A DNA stretch of 64,000 nucleotides from Camelus dromedarius. Taxonomy: Eukaryota. Position 1 is the first letter of the stretch. Each line of letters begins with the position of its first letter. Positions 12,871-26,740 of the stretch are shown piece after piece. Under the pieces are notes generated by a model. It was not told where the DNA came from, searched no databases, and saw nothing but the letters and a program-made list of their open reading frames with translations. The translations under genes and the position numbers were made by a program. Location of the stretch: the NCBI RefSeq assembly GCF_036321535.1, contig NC_087436.1:41790001-41854000 (forward strand), in the 5' to 3' direction.

Positions 12871-15289
12871 AATTGTGATTTTGGACATTCTCTGTTACTC
12901 TGATTTTTTTTTATTATTTCAAAAAGTAACAAAGCAAATTTTACCTCTTTACTTGATATAGATTAGTTTTTCTTTCTGTATACTTTCATACTTCTTGAAA
13001 TTAAGAAAAATTGATGTCTTACTGTGGAAAATTAATATATTCTATTATAAATTTGAAACTAATGTGCCTCATGATTTTTTTTTAAAAAATACAGACAAGA
13101 TATTTTGAACATGAAAATTCTTTTCTCCAGCGAGTACTTTGGTGACATACTCTACAATTTTCATAAAATTATAAAATCCTCCTTGGTGATCTTGTTGAAT
13201 TAGAACTTTTATAACACTGTCTCCACCATGCACTCAATCCTCAGGCAGTATAAGCAAAAGAGAAGAACTTCTAAGTTAGCCTTGATATATTTTAGAAGAA
13301 ACCCTTTCCAGATTTAAATTACTTATTCTAAATCAGCCAGTTCCCTGCTGTTAAAATGTTTTAATTAATGATTTGAAACGTAAGACATTATGGCATAGTA
13401 AAAGCAAGAAAGTACATAAAGGCATAATCATTTTTTAAAGGCACTGTGGAGATGATGTAGGTTAAATGGCCTGCTGGTCTCACTGTTCCTTCTGTCCAGT
13501 GTGTCACCGATATTTCACACCCCTCCTTATTTGTGAAAGGTTAGGTAGCTTGATTTTGCCTTGTACAGTACACACTCTGATTTGGGAAGTTGTACCCACT
13601 TTTGGTAATAAATGGTACTAATCATAATATAGATGCTTGGATTAGTAAGGAAGACATAGGAAGTCTCAGGAGTAAAGCTCTCAGGTACAAAGATTTAAGT
13701 AATTTCTAGTGCTTTGGATATTAAATGGAGAAGTAATATATTGTTCAAATGAAATACAAAAGCAGGAAAAGTACATTAAATCAGAACAAGGATAAAAGCT
13801 ACTGAATAAAAAGGTAGAAGATTTAAGGGAAAATGACCCCAGAGCTCTTCTTCTACCTATGAAGACCCAAACATTTCAGGAAATTTGATGTAAATGAAGA
13901 AGAAATGAGACTTATTCATTATTGTATTTTTTTTCACTTAAATACTCCTACAGGTATAGAATGCAATATTTTTTAATATTATAAGAATGAAATCAATTAT
14001 AAGGAAGAAGTATCATTAGTGTTAGAGACCTAAATAATGAATGTTGCTTTCTTAGACATTTTTGTTCCACTATAGGAGCTTAGAGGATGACATTAATATT
14101 TATTTCTCTCTATTCTTGGGTCTAATTAAACACAATCAACTGTGCTTGATTGATTGTCTTTGATTAATAATGTCTCAATTCCCTTCATTATAAATACTTA
14201 TAATAACTTTCTACCTTAGTGGAATATTCTGCTATTTACTGAGAACCAAAGAAATCCCAAGAAAATTAATTTACCAGGATAGAAGTCAAAATACTATGTA
14301 GAAATATGCATGGAATAACTTTCTTTGAATGTTGCTGTTTTCCAGCAATCATCATTATGTTTTAATTTTAGTCTAGACTGAGGAGACATAACAATATCGA
14401 AACTTCTGGTAGAACTTTTATTCTATTTCTTTTGGTTAGACTACAATTTTATTTAATGTAAATACTAAAATGTTTCCAAAATCATAAACTGGAAGTACAA
14501 TATGTATTTAATGCAACCCATCGGCTGAGGGCAAAAATACAGTTGCAGAACTTAAACCAATTGTCCTGTACTTTTACTGCAATTCTGCTCACACACCCCT
14601 GCTATGATTATGCCGTATCTGGTGAGAAATACTGTCCCTAATCTCAGCACACATATGCATCGCTCCAACTGTACATTCTTATTGTTGGAGGCAGTGATAC
14701 AAAAAAGAGATGAAGCCTGGGAACAAAGTGGAAGTGGGTGAGGAGACCAGAAGAAAGAAGACAGTAGGAAAAGACCTACAAGTGACAGAGAAAAATCTCA
14801 TACAACGAGAGAATCCGTGGAAGTACTTGTCTCACGGTAGCATTTTATGACTAAAATAGGAACTAGTAAATAAGAAAACCCACAATATTAAATACAAAGT
14901 TGAATAAAGTCTTCAGGTAAAAGAAATGAGCAATTAGAGAAAGATTTATGATACAAAAAGACGTTTCCAGCAAAATGATTTCTCATGTGAAATTTCACAT
15001 GAAAATGCGGGCCACAGTAATCAAAGGAAAATATAGAAAAGACTTTGATATGTATTTTATTATATGTATGAATGGAAGTGCCCCAATATTCTTCCAGCAG
15101 GAAACAAGTTTAAGTGATCTTTAAAAAGTTAGAAAACTAGTTCCGGGCCTCTATATCTAGCAGTAGTTTGAGTCAAAGCAAAGAGGAGCAAATAAAATAA
15201 GTGACATGATTTGTTATGTCATTTAAATACTTCAGAACTGTTATCTGTCACTTATGTCAATTCTTTTGTCTCGTCTCCAAAATCTATGC

Positions 15290-16085
15290 CTTCTCATCAC
15301 TGGGTCTCTCTTCAGATATATCCTTCTCTCATTTCTCCCACATTCTTGGTAGGAGACCTTGCCTCCAACTTCCCTGGACATTAATGAGTCAATTCTGTCA
15401 CTTGGAAATCCTCCCCAGCTGTTCTTCGTATCCTACCAGTTTACGCTGTGCTCTCTGCTATCCTTGTCAGTGGTGATCATTCTTTTATGCTTTGGATTTC
15501 ATACCCACTTATTCCTTCAGGGATCTTGAGCCATCAATCATCTTCTCTTCTTATCTTCAAATCCTTACTTAATCTTTACTCCCATAATATAAAGCATATT
15601 CAAATCACTTTATAAAGAAAAGCAGAAAAACTGTTCAGAGTTTCCACATTTCCATCCTCTCCTTTATACCAAATATTTTGAGGAAATGCTAAATGTACGT
15701 TCACTTTATGGCCATTTGCTCCTCCGGAATCCAGTACTTGGCGTCACTCTCACTACTGCACTGGAACAGTTCTTGCCAGGTCCGAAACAGCACTGCACAG
15801 TGTCCAATATAATGGGAACCTTTTCTTTTCTTAACCACTATGTACATTTGATGCTATTGACCATAAAACCCAATTTAGGTTCCTTTTTTCTTTGGCCTCT
15901 GTCTCTTCTGTTTTTTGTTTTGTTTTCTTTCTTTTTTTTTCCCCCCCGAGACTCTTTCTCAGCCACCATTTTGGATTATTCTTCACTTTGTCCTGAAACA
16001 CAGTATGATTTAACTACATTCTTCACTTTCCACTCTTTCTCTTTAAACATTTTCTTTTGATGATGTCATCCAGCCTACGGATTCT
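15290..16085 (+). mobile_element. Ancient L2 internal fragment
   Basis: Degenerate L2 ORF2 motifs (tgctttggatttcataccc, ctctcactactgcactggaacagttcttgcc, catttgatgctattgacca, gtcatccagcctacgg). Confidence 0.55.
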
Positions 16086-16101
16086 ATAAGGAGAAAAATT
16101 A

Positions 16102-16365
16102 GTTCATTTATTTAACAAATAATTATTAAGGGAATATTATATGCCAAACACTCTTTTAGGCAATGAGAACATAATGGCAAACAAAATTGAATATAATCTC
16201 TTCACAGAGCTTAGATTCCAGTGAAGTAAATAGGTAACAAATATAAAAATACTTTGTATCTGCTATAGAAAAAAATGAAGCAAAGTGAAAGCGTTAATGG
16301 GTGTCAGAGTCAGGAAGCAGGAGCCGGTATTTAACAAAGGTTTGTAAAGGAAAACCTTAAATCAC
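16102..16365 (-). mobile_element. L2 3' end fragment
   Basis: ttcatttatttaacaaataattattaag...atgccaaacactcttttagg...ttcacagagcttagattccagtg, the canonical antisense L2 terminus. Confidence 0.7.
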
Positions 16366-17202
16366 ATTTACATTCCAGTAGTCTAGTCATGGTTTCTGGC
16401 TCCTATATTACCTCCTGTGCCCTAGGTTGTCTTTGTTGCTAACTCAGCCTGACATCTGGTGTGCCAAATGTCAATATAGAGAAAACTGTGTTGATCAATG
16501 AAACCACACACTATTAAAAAGTAGGGTAAGCAACACAATATGTTAAATTTGTAAGATCAATGTCAGCTTATAACCAGAAAGGAAATATTTTTCAAGTTCT
16601 TTCACTCATAAAATTGCCGCAGTAGCAATATCCTGGCAAAACACTTACCCACCACCAACTCACCAGGGAGCCAGTCCCCTGCTTATATTCTCTACTGAAA
16701 GAAATCAAGACTGCTTTGAAGGTCCCCAATTCCATGCCTTGGGACTAAGAAAATGAGGAAGGAAGGGTTGAGAATATCCTGCTGCCAAAAATGTTAGAGG
16801 AATGAGTGAAAGGATAAGAAGTCAAATTAAAGGGGCTTCTACTAGCCAAATTTGTACAATTTAAGCATTTAGAAATAATATTACTTGTTTAATTTATTTA
16901 AAACAAAGTGAATCTGAGAAAGCTGATAAGTATATCCAAAAGAGTAATTAAGTGCAAAAAAAGTTGGCCTATATGAAAATAAAGGCAGAGTTACAGAGAA
17001 TTGTATTTATTTAGCTTTTCTAAATATGGAATCTAAGCATATTTTATTCTAAATTATTAAGTTTGTTTATAAAGTATAGATATATAATTGTTTTAATCTA
17101 TATAAACAAAAATTATAACCCTTAATTGTACCTTGTCTGTTTCTATGTTCTACCCAAGTGTTAGGAAACTAAACTGGCATCTCAGAATTTTTTTTTTAAT
17201 GT

Positions 17203-17385
17203 ACATTCACTCAACAAATATTTATCAGGTGAGATTTTTGCCAGATCCTCTGAGGCACTGGAGATGTGGTAATATAAAAAACAATACAAAATCCATGACC
17301 TTATGTAGTTTTCATTCTAATGGAAGAGAAATAAAATTGTCTTATTAAAAAGTGAAATATATGTTATATTAGGTGCTGTTATGAA
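17203..17385 (-). mobile_element. L2 3' end fragment
   Basis: cattcactcaacaaatatttatc...tgccagatcctctgaggcactggagatg...ccttatgtagttttcattctaatgg. Confidence 0.7.
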
Positions 17386-20300
17386 ATATTTAATACAATT
17401 TATATTCTAAGAACTACTATGCAGTCACAGTGCTCTAAGGGACATTCTGTCTAGTATTTTTATAAGATATTCAACTGGGCAGTGGTCCCATATACTCTTC
17501 AAGTAAAATAAAGACAATCAAGTAAATTTTGCTGCTGCTTCTTCTTAAAGATTTGCTGTTAAATTGGAAAACCCCTCTAAATACTTTTAGAAGTAATATT
17601 TAAGCTATCCTACCTTGGTTTCTACAGTGGCCACTTAAGATCTTAGAGCATCATAGTTATCAAACTTTTGTTTATAGGTATATACATATAGTTAACATTT
17701 TACAAAGTACTGGCACCAGTTTACCAGTCAGCATATCAGACAAACATCATGGCAATCACATATATAATGTGAATAAATTAATCAAGAAATAAGTGGAAGT
17801 ACAAAGAAATAAAAGAAAAAGGAGCAGAAGTCATCCTGGAGTCGCATTCTGTGCTGCTGGTACGTAATACATTTAAAGCCAGCTATCTCCAGGAATTCCT
17901 TTGATCCCTGGGAATTCTTTTGAGTCGTTGCTGAGCATGTCTAACATGGGTTCCTCTCACTGAAATACTCAGCAAATGAGAAATATATATATACACGAAA
18001 TTCTACCCCAGTGAAGTTAAACGCCTTCCTAAATCACTAAGCACAAGCGAGGTGGAGAACTGAAAATAGACCCAAGATATCCAGGGCCATAATTGCATCA
18101 TTTAAGCTGCACTCTCCTTTTGACAAAAGCCTTAGAATGATTAATAAGCTTATGGGTTAAAGCACACAGGAGAAACTTCCCTTGTAGACCAACAATAAGG
18201 AGATGGGTTCTCATTTTATTTTAATACTTTAGCAAACCACAGATAAATATATTAAAATCACATTTTGCTGGATGACAAAGGGCTTTCAGAAATGAAGTAA
18301 GAGATCTTATGCTGACTTTTACTTCAACAGGTTTTAAAAGAACAATCCATTAGCGTTCTTGGCTTAAATCCTGATGTTGCTGATACTATTTGATTTGACT
18401 TATGTAGTTCGTTTATCCACTAGGATCCTATAGACCATTTGCCTAGAGAATTTGAAAAATTATAAAATAATGAGATGTCACTGGCACTTCCATCCATAGG
18501 AATCAAATGATTAGCATAATATACTAAATATTATCATCCTCTAGGCTTGTAAATTCAGCCCTTCTCCTATAAGACCAAGTTTTATTTCTTCAATAGTGAG
18601 AATTACTGTGTCACCTTCTAGAAAACAGTGAATGAACTTCGTAAGTATGTAGTGTTCAGGTGAAGGAGTATTGAAATGGGTCTTCTGAGGCGAAGCTATT
18701 AGGGAGGAAAATAGGTGGGTGAAAAATGTTGAACACAAATATGTTTTTATATGATATGATAAAAAATGAGAAGTCATTATATCTCTTTGGCAGACACTGA
18801 CCTGATAAAATGACATTAAATGAAGATTGTTCTAATACCTTAGTTGGATGAAACCAACATTGGCAAACCTTCCATGGTTAGGAAAAGGATGTGGGCTATA
18901 GCTTATCTTTTTAACAAAAGCTCTGAGATAAGAAGCAGCCTCATAGCACTAATCGGTCTATTTGGGGACATGAAATAAAATCCACTATATTGTCAAAATA
19001 AAATTGGACAAATTACCTCTCTCTGTGAGAGTCTCTCATATTCTGCCAAATGAATAAAAATCTTTCGAGATACCCCGGCTTTCATTTCATATAACTGTTC
19101 TCTTTCTTCTATCTACAGTGGCTCTGTTTCTGTGACTTAATCTCTGTTAGCTTAATCTTGGTCCTAAATCCTGGGATATGATGAAGGCCAGGGTAGATTT
19201 TATTTTAGAATAATGTATAATGTTAATGAGTTGAGAGTTAAATCATAAACTCAGAAGAATAATTTCTTAATACAGAACTCTCTAGTAGAGCTGCTTTTGA
19301 ATTGATTGTTTTGTCCAGCCCCCGTTTGGAGAACATTTCCAGAGCACTGCTGCATAGGTCAGCTGGTCAATATAACAGTGCAGTAATTTGAAAGTTCAAA
19401 CGCCTTTTATGAAGAAATAAACCTCTGTTATGAAAATAACTCTAATAGCTGTAGGAACAAAATGTTTCTGTACCCTTTAAAATGTTTCAATGCAAAACAG
19501 ACCATTTAATACTTATTAAGTAAAAGCAGAGGCATCCAAAATTTTGACCTTTTAAATCTAATACGTTTTGCCATGAAAGTAACTATATTAGATAACAGAG
19601 ACAACTCTTTGGCAGGAAATTGATATCTGATTGAAATTCAAGTTATCATACTTATTCAGCAAAGACCTAGCATTTCCCCAAGGACTGCTCTTACACAGTT
19701 TGTGAAACTGTGAATACAGCTTCTTCAAATTTGCTGTCAGTTCTTGTAAAGTAGTAAGTGTTTGCAGATTTCACACATAGATGTCTTTAGTGCACCTTAC
19801 AGTTCCTGAAATATACTACTACACCTAGTATCTCACTGGTTCTCATGTTAAAGACTGTAGGCCTAAGTCAGTCTCTTAGAGACTGTGTGATTTATATTTG
19901 AATACATGCATGAGCAGAAAACTCTATGATGATATAAATGTATAACTTTTATGCTATGATTATTTTTAAAGTTAGTTATGAGATGCAACTGAAATTTGAA
20001 TTAGTAAGAAAAATGCTATTGATAGTCTCATTTTAGTTGTTCAGTGACTACGGCTTAACATTTTGTGTCACTGGGGGTCTGTCATTGTTTTCTCTGTTAC
20101 CTCCCTTGTAAGTCGGCTATATTAGGGAATATTGATAACAAAGAGTGGAAGAAAGAAAGAAAGAACACATCCCATGCAGATTTGCTAAATCTGTAAATAC
20201 TGAATTAGAGGCAATTTCTGTGACTTGTGATCAAAATCTCTGGCAAACCTTCTAACCCATTCCAAGTCATTCTTAGATACCTTATGAGGAACACTGTCTA

Positions 20301-22206
20301 TGAGATACTCCACTCGTTGTCCTAACTAATACTTAACAGTTTTCATCTTAGTGATCTTAAGCAGTTGTTTTTAATAACTTCACTGTAGTACATGGGATAG
20401 TCCACCTGGTATTGTGGTCACCTTGATAGTGGTTTGCCTCTGTCTATAAATTCTGGGTAACTTGACAACCATTCATCTTTGTGTCCCAATTAAGAAGCAC
20501 AAGACCCAGTCTTCCATGTAGGTTTTCTGAACTGAGCTGAGATAGGAGATTTGATTTTACTTTTATATTTAGTGGTAGTTCTGTTATTTTATGAATTCTT
20601 TCCAGATTTCTTTTACATACCTTCATATACACTAATGAGAGAGCCTTATAGTAGTAAGTAGATGCAATGACAAGGGGAAGGAAGGAAAGATGGAAGGAAA
20701 AGGGGAATATAGGTCATTTTCATAGTGAGATTGACCGCACAAGCTTGATTATGTCAACATCGGAAGCTAACCAGCTAAGCTGATCAGTCACAGAAAGTTG
20801 CAGAGGTTTAAATGTCAGTAACAAAATAAATTCCAAGCTGTTGGCCTGCACATAGGTATGCCTAAATATAAGCCCTTAAAACGGTGCCTCTGGGTGAAAG
20901 GAAAAGAAGGTTTGGTAAAGATCTAAATCTCTGTCTGTGCAGCTGTAAACGCCACTGTGTAAAGAAACTCACATAAAGGGAGTAAATGCTTCCAGTGCCC
21001 ATGTAGACAAAAGGTGGAGCCTCAGAGGACAATGCATGGTTCAGGTGCATGATTCAGATTACACATTTCCAGTGTGTGGCTTCAGGGACCAGAATAGAGT
21101 CTACCTTTTTACACTACACAGTGTTCAAGGCTTCAGTCACTACTGTGTAATATGTGGTTTAAGAGATCCCTGTGTGTAACTTGAGACACCTATATACCCA
21201 GAGTTTGGTGCTTTAGACATCATCGGACACAATGAACACAGCTTGGGATTCAAGGGTATACAACTTGCATAGCTTCTGATACCAGAATTTATATGTTTGG
21301 ATCCAGAATATGTACCTGCATTCACTAGTGGATACAGTTTCATGTGCTTGAGTAATTCCAACCCAAAATTTTCCACCAGGAGAAATGGAGGTAAGAAGAG
21401 AATTTCACAAATAAAATGCATATAGTTCTATTATCAGTCTTTATTTAAAAAAGGTTCTCTTCAAAATCACCCATTCAAAATATTATACTACATACAAATT
21501 TAATGTGTAATGCATTTTAGGCCTGATTTCATACAGTTTAGAATGTTCTTCCATAATTCATGAAATTCCAAAAATAAAGCAAAACAATTACAGTCTAGAA
21601 GGCCGTGAGAACATTGAGTTCTATGATATTTAAAATGACTGCATGACTTAAAGTTGTAAATTTTCTTTTAAACTTGGTAGCTACTGGTCCATTTATGAAG
21701 AAAATCCTGCTTATTCACAGTAGAGCCACATGGCAAGAGAAAAATGGGTGTAAAGTCATAGAGGAACGGATATCATTGCTGTCCTGCTGTTATTATCATG
21801 AGCTCCTGTTAGACCCCGATGTGTAAGTGTATTAAAGGGAACGGGTGGGGTTCATGCAGCTTTTACCTGAGAGGACACAACTGATCTCATTGTATACTGA
21901 AGACTTCTTATACAAGTAGATGAAAAGATACACACACAGGTGTGCACGCACACACACACACACATATATCTCCTGTATTATATTACCCTGCATTTATATA
22001 TATAGGGGTGTGTGTGTGTCCTTTTCGTACACATACTTTGTGGGGAGCAGGGTAAGCCTGCCAGCTATTAGAAGCTACTTCTTCCTTTGGAGGCTGTGGT
22101 GAAATTGGGTGTCCTCCTCTGCCAAGCTCCACACATGATGTGAAAAATAAATGTCCAGTTCTTACTATTAAGATCTGATATGGAATTACAGCTGCAGTGA
22201 TTTTAT

Positions 22207-22215
22207 ACACACACA

Positions 22216-22260
<45 letters not shown>
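22207..22260. repeat. (CA)n microsatellite with one interruption, followed by (TA)n
   Basis: Directly visible; about 23 AC units. Confidence 0.97.
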
Positions 22261-22415
22261 TATCATTGTTTGGTTGGTCTTAAAGTGTACACTATTGATA
22301 CATGTATAATGTTTTCAAGTGAACCATACAGAGAGGAATAAAATCTTTTAATATCTATCTGGTATTTCTTGCATACCTAGTAAGTTTTAGATCCTACAAG
22401 TAGTACGTTGCATGT

Positions 22416-22877
22416 TGTATGAGTTTCCTAGGGTTACTTTAACAAAGTACCACAAACTAGGTGGCTTAAGACAACAGAGACTTATTGTCTCACAGTTCTG
22501 GAGGCAAGAAGTCCAAAATCAAGGTGTCAGCAGGGCTCTGCTCCCTCTGAAACCCGTAGAGGAATCCTCCCTTGACTTCTCCTGGCTTCTGGGGGTTTGC
22601 CAGCAATCTCTGGCATTCCTTGCCTTTCAGCTTCACAGCTCCGATCTCTGTATTCCTCACAGGATGCGCTCCTTTGTGTCTCGCTTTCTTCACATGGCTA
22701 TGTTTTTATAAATATGCCAGTCATATTACATTAGGGACCCATACTACTCTGTAACCTCATCGTAACTAATTGTATCTGCAGCAACTCTATTTCCAAATAA
22801 TATCACATTCTGAGGTCCTGGGGGTTAGGACTTCCACATATCTTCTTCAGAGGGGACACAATACAACCTTTACCACA
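22416..22877 (-). mobile_element. MaLR LTR, MLT1C-like, near full length
   Basis: tgtatgagtttcctaggg...aaagtaccacaaactaggtggcttaagacaacagag...gttctggaggcaagaagtccaaaatcaaggtgtcagcagggc...ctgaggtcctgggggttaggacttc...ggggacacaatacaacc...aca; TG...CA ends. Confidence 0.88.
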
Positions 22878-23284
22878 TAGGTTCTCTAATTTCATGCTAT
22901 TTAGTCCTATTATTTTGTCTTCGACTATCAATATTTTACAGATATGAAGAGGCTCTAAGTCAAAGATGTTTAATGAACTTCCAGCTAGTAATTGGAGGAG
23001 TTTACATTTGAACTTCATCTTTCTAATCACAAAACCAGCGAGAAAGTTCTCATGAAAAATAGCCGACTAAAATACAGGACATAGTTAAATCAATGCCACT
23101 GACTAAAGTAGAAGTCAAAGGAGTAATTAATTACTTCTCACTGGAAACATCATGAAAGGCTTACTGAAGTTTATTACAGTTAAGTTCAACCTTAGTGGGT
23201 GGGTTGGGATTCATTAGGGAAAGAAGAAATGTGTAAAGACTGGGAGGGCTTTGAAAAAAGTATGGAAAGATTATATTATTTAAA

Positions 23285-23650
23285 CCAATTGTCCCTCAGT
23301 TGCAATTAACAAGTCTCAGTACACTCCACTCAATCTCCCTAAAACAGAAAGGAAATTTATTGTTTAATGTAATTCAAAGTCTAGAAGTAGTGCAGCATTC
23401 ACAGTTAGCTTAATTCCGTGGCTTCAGGTCTTTGGATTCCATGTGAATTTCCCTTAGCTCTGCCCTCCTCCTGCAAGGTTTCTTCTCGGATGTTTGTCTT
23501 ACAGTGACAATAGCAACTACCATTTCTCTGTACACCAAGACTTCCAAAGAAAGAGATGATGTTCTCTCCTGGCATTACAAGAAAGAGTCCTGCAATTCTC
23601 ACTCATGCACACGTGTTGCCCCTGATGCAGTGACTGTGTGCCATAAGTTA
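23285..23650 (-). mobile_element. Older MaLR LTR fragment (MLT1J/K/L-like)
   Basis: 'cagttgcaattaacaag...aaaggaaatttattgtttaatgtaattcaaagtctagaagtag...' resembles older MLT1 subfamilies; heavily diverged. Confidence 0.4.
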
Positions 23651-25819
23651 GAGCATCAATGCAAAGAATTTAGGAGAGTGTATGGGATACCATTAGTGTT
23701 ACATATATGTTAGTTGCTATTACTAGATGTCCATTTTTGGTGACCCAGAAAACCCAGCTTATACCTCCATCATTATCGCTAACATATGGTATAGAGGCTT
23801 TATTATTCCTGTGAGTATTTCCATCTCTGTTCTGAATTTCTTAATAATGGCTATCCTCTTACTCATCTTATACCTCCAATGGTAGTTCTTGCATAGCAGT
23901 GTTTAAGTGTTTGTTGAATGAAGGAATGTTAGACAAATATGAAAGTTTATTAAAAGTATAAAACAAGACCTGGACCATTTTTATGAGAATTAGGAATAAA
24001 TTCACTACCATATTTGCCCCTTTAAATATATAAACATATAATCTTGTATTATTAAATTAAAAGAATAAGGAAAAATTGTACTGATAAATTGCTTTGAATA
24101 ACTTGTTAACTCCATGGAACTCTTAGGGTGATGTGAAGTTTCACCCTTCTTAAAGTGCTCACCATTTAATTCAACAAGTGTTTATATATATATGTACCAA
24201 CTATGTTACATGATACAGGAGGGAAAGCATTGAATTAGTCATTGTGCTAAAAATACTTATTGGTAAGAAGTATCACAATTAAGTAAACATGTCATGTCCA
24301 TGACTTCAAAAGTTTTTATTAAGATTCCAGAAAGGCATTAGCTTTTTTGAAGCTGTATATTTTGGGTGTTATCATTAGAAACATACATATTCATAATATA
24401 TACATTATGTATGTTATTATGGTTGTGCTAAGGTTAGACTTCATCAAATTCATTCTATTTGATCTGCTGTTACATGAATACAACCATCTACTATCTGATT
24501 CTTCTCTTTCTAGAAAAGTTTTGTTATAATTTCAAATATAATTTTTCTAGCATATCTGTTGTTTTTCTTTCACAGGAAAGCCCATCTGCTTCTTATAACA
24601 AACAAACATTTAAAAAAACAGGACCGTGTTTTGTACAGATAAGATGTAGATATGTAGTCAGGCCTTTAATAATCACTATTCCCTTAAACCATCCTATTTA
24701 ACACAAGACACTATTTCTGTCATTGCTTTATGATTTTTTATCCTTCGTTATAAAAATAAGTAACATGAAGTTTCCACTGATTGATTCTCTTTTTTGTTAA
24801 TACCAATAACAGATCTCCTTTGTAATATAAATTTTAACATTGATCTTCTGAATATTTATGGGCATACAAATTATTTACTAGAAATCTCTTTCTTTCATGT
24901 ATTGTACCCCTTAAACAATAATATTTAGGAAAAAGCCTCATGTTAAAACATTCAGTTTAATCCTGTCAGTTCTCTTATTAAATAAATAATTGCAGAACAG
25001 AATTTGGGACAATCATTATTGTCATCTCAACATTGAATGGGAAGGAAATTTATTGGGATGTTCTGTTTTTGTTTTTGCTTTTGCTTCTATAAAACACAAA
25101 TCCATCAAAACTTTACTAGATATTTAGCAGGAATGAGTGAACCAGTAGGACCTGGCAACTTTTCTTGTTGGTGTTCGTTCACATTGAATCTCTCTTTATC
25201 CAGTTCAAAAGTTACGCTGCTCCTCTTTAAAGATCAACCTCAAATGCAGACAAAATCACCCGTCCTTAGTTCCTTTAAAACCAAATTTTCATAATGATCT
25301 TTTAAAGATATAAAATTTTAAAATAAATAAAACGGAAAAAATGATAAAGACAGAAGTTTTCATTATAGTTGTCTCATTTCATACCCTTTCTCCAAAATAC
25401 CAGCTATTTTACAAATCAGCGAGTGGGTATCATTTCAGTGACAATGCACCTGGCTTCCTTCTATCAAAATACTGAGTTCCATCTTGCTTTTCCTAAGAAA
25501 GAAACTTTTCATAACCAAGTTGAACCTTTGAAAGTCAAATTCAGTGCATCTGGTTTTTAACCATTGATGCCGCTTTGACATATTTTGGAATTCTTTCAAA
25601 ATGCTATTTTATGAGTTAAAGAATACTTTTCTCTTAAATAAATTAATTGAAAGGTAATTAGATAGTGTTAGATATAGACAATTAATAAAAGCTACATATA
25701 ACGAGTTCCCATCAACAATCATGGGAAGACTTTTATACCTCATTAGAAGTTTTAGCAGAGAAAGTTAAGGGAGAGCACTACTTTGACAGTCAATTTTGTC
25801 TCAGAAGAGAGGTTGAAGT

Positions 25820-26740
25820 TTGAACATTTTTGTGATTTTTATCAGATAAACTGCTTACCTGTTTCATTTAGTTCTTTTTCTGAAGTTTTGTCTTTTCCTT
25901 CTGATTGAAACATATCCCACTGTTTCTTTGTTTTACCTGATTTTCTGTGTTTCTTTCTATGCATTAGGCAAATCAGCTCTCTCTCCCAGTCTTGAAAGAG
26001 CGCCCTTTTCTAGAGCTACCCTGTGCGGCTCTGAGGTGCAATCTCTCCTGGCCCCCAGAGCCGGGCACTCAGTGGTCTCCCCGGTGTGGTCTGCTGTGGC
26101 AGTGCACTGGTGGGCAGGGCTACAGCTCGGCCCGCTGTGAGACCTGGCTGAGGCACAGGGTGAGCAGGACCCTCTGCAGGTCATACCTACTGATGCCAAC
26201 AGGTTAGACGGAGAACTTCAGAATGGCTTCCGCCGGTGTCTCAGTCCCCAGGGAGTGTCCCAGCTGGCTCCTGCTTCACTGACAGGTGCCTCAAGATTTG
26301 TAAGTGGGTCTCCTCCACCTATGACCCATGTGTTTTTCAGTCTGGTGCTTTTGTGCTGGTTTTCATGATCAAGTGAACCTGTGTGGGGGCCGCTTTAGAG
26401 TGGGCTTTACGTTCCCTGCAGTTTTGTGATTTTCCTGGGTGTGTTCCCCACTGGTTCTCAAAGCCAGGCATTGAGGTAGTTGTCTCTCCTGGGCAGGATG
26501 TAGGGGTCGGTGCCCCTTATGTGGAGCTCAAATCCCTCTCTCCTCTGGGAAGAGATCTGTACCTTTGTAAGCCTTTCCAGTTATGGATTGCTGCTACTAG
26601 GGTGTGGTTTTTTTCCCATGATGAGACTATTTTCAGGTCCCTTTCTGAGGGAATCAGTCCATATATAGTTGTAGATTTGTTGTGTTGGTGGGAGAAGGTG
26701 AATTCAGGATCTTCCTATGCTGCCATTTTGAAACCTCTCT
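25820..26740 (-). mobile_element. L1 5' UTR plus start of ORF1 (3' portion absent)
   Basis: The minus strand begins agagaggtttcAAAATGGCagcataggaagatcctgaattcacc (L1 5'-end YY1-type AAGATGGC motif), followed by a GC-rich UTR and then decayed ORF1 N-terminus (..KQWDMFQSEGKDKTSEKELNET..; compare MRKQRNMFQMKEQDKTPEKELNE). Confidence 0.75.

Noticed and set aside
22412..22754. Overlapping ORFs of 60-99 aa, also similar to 59648-59881
   Set aside because: Both lie in MLT1 LTR copies; the similarity reflects repeat homology, not a gene family.
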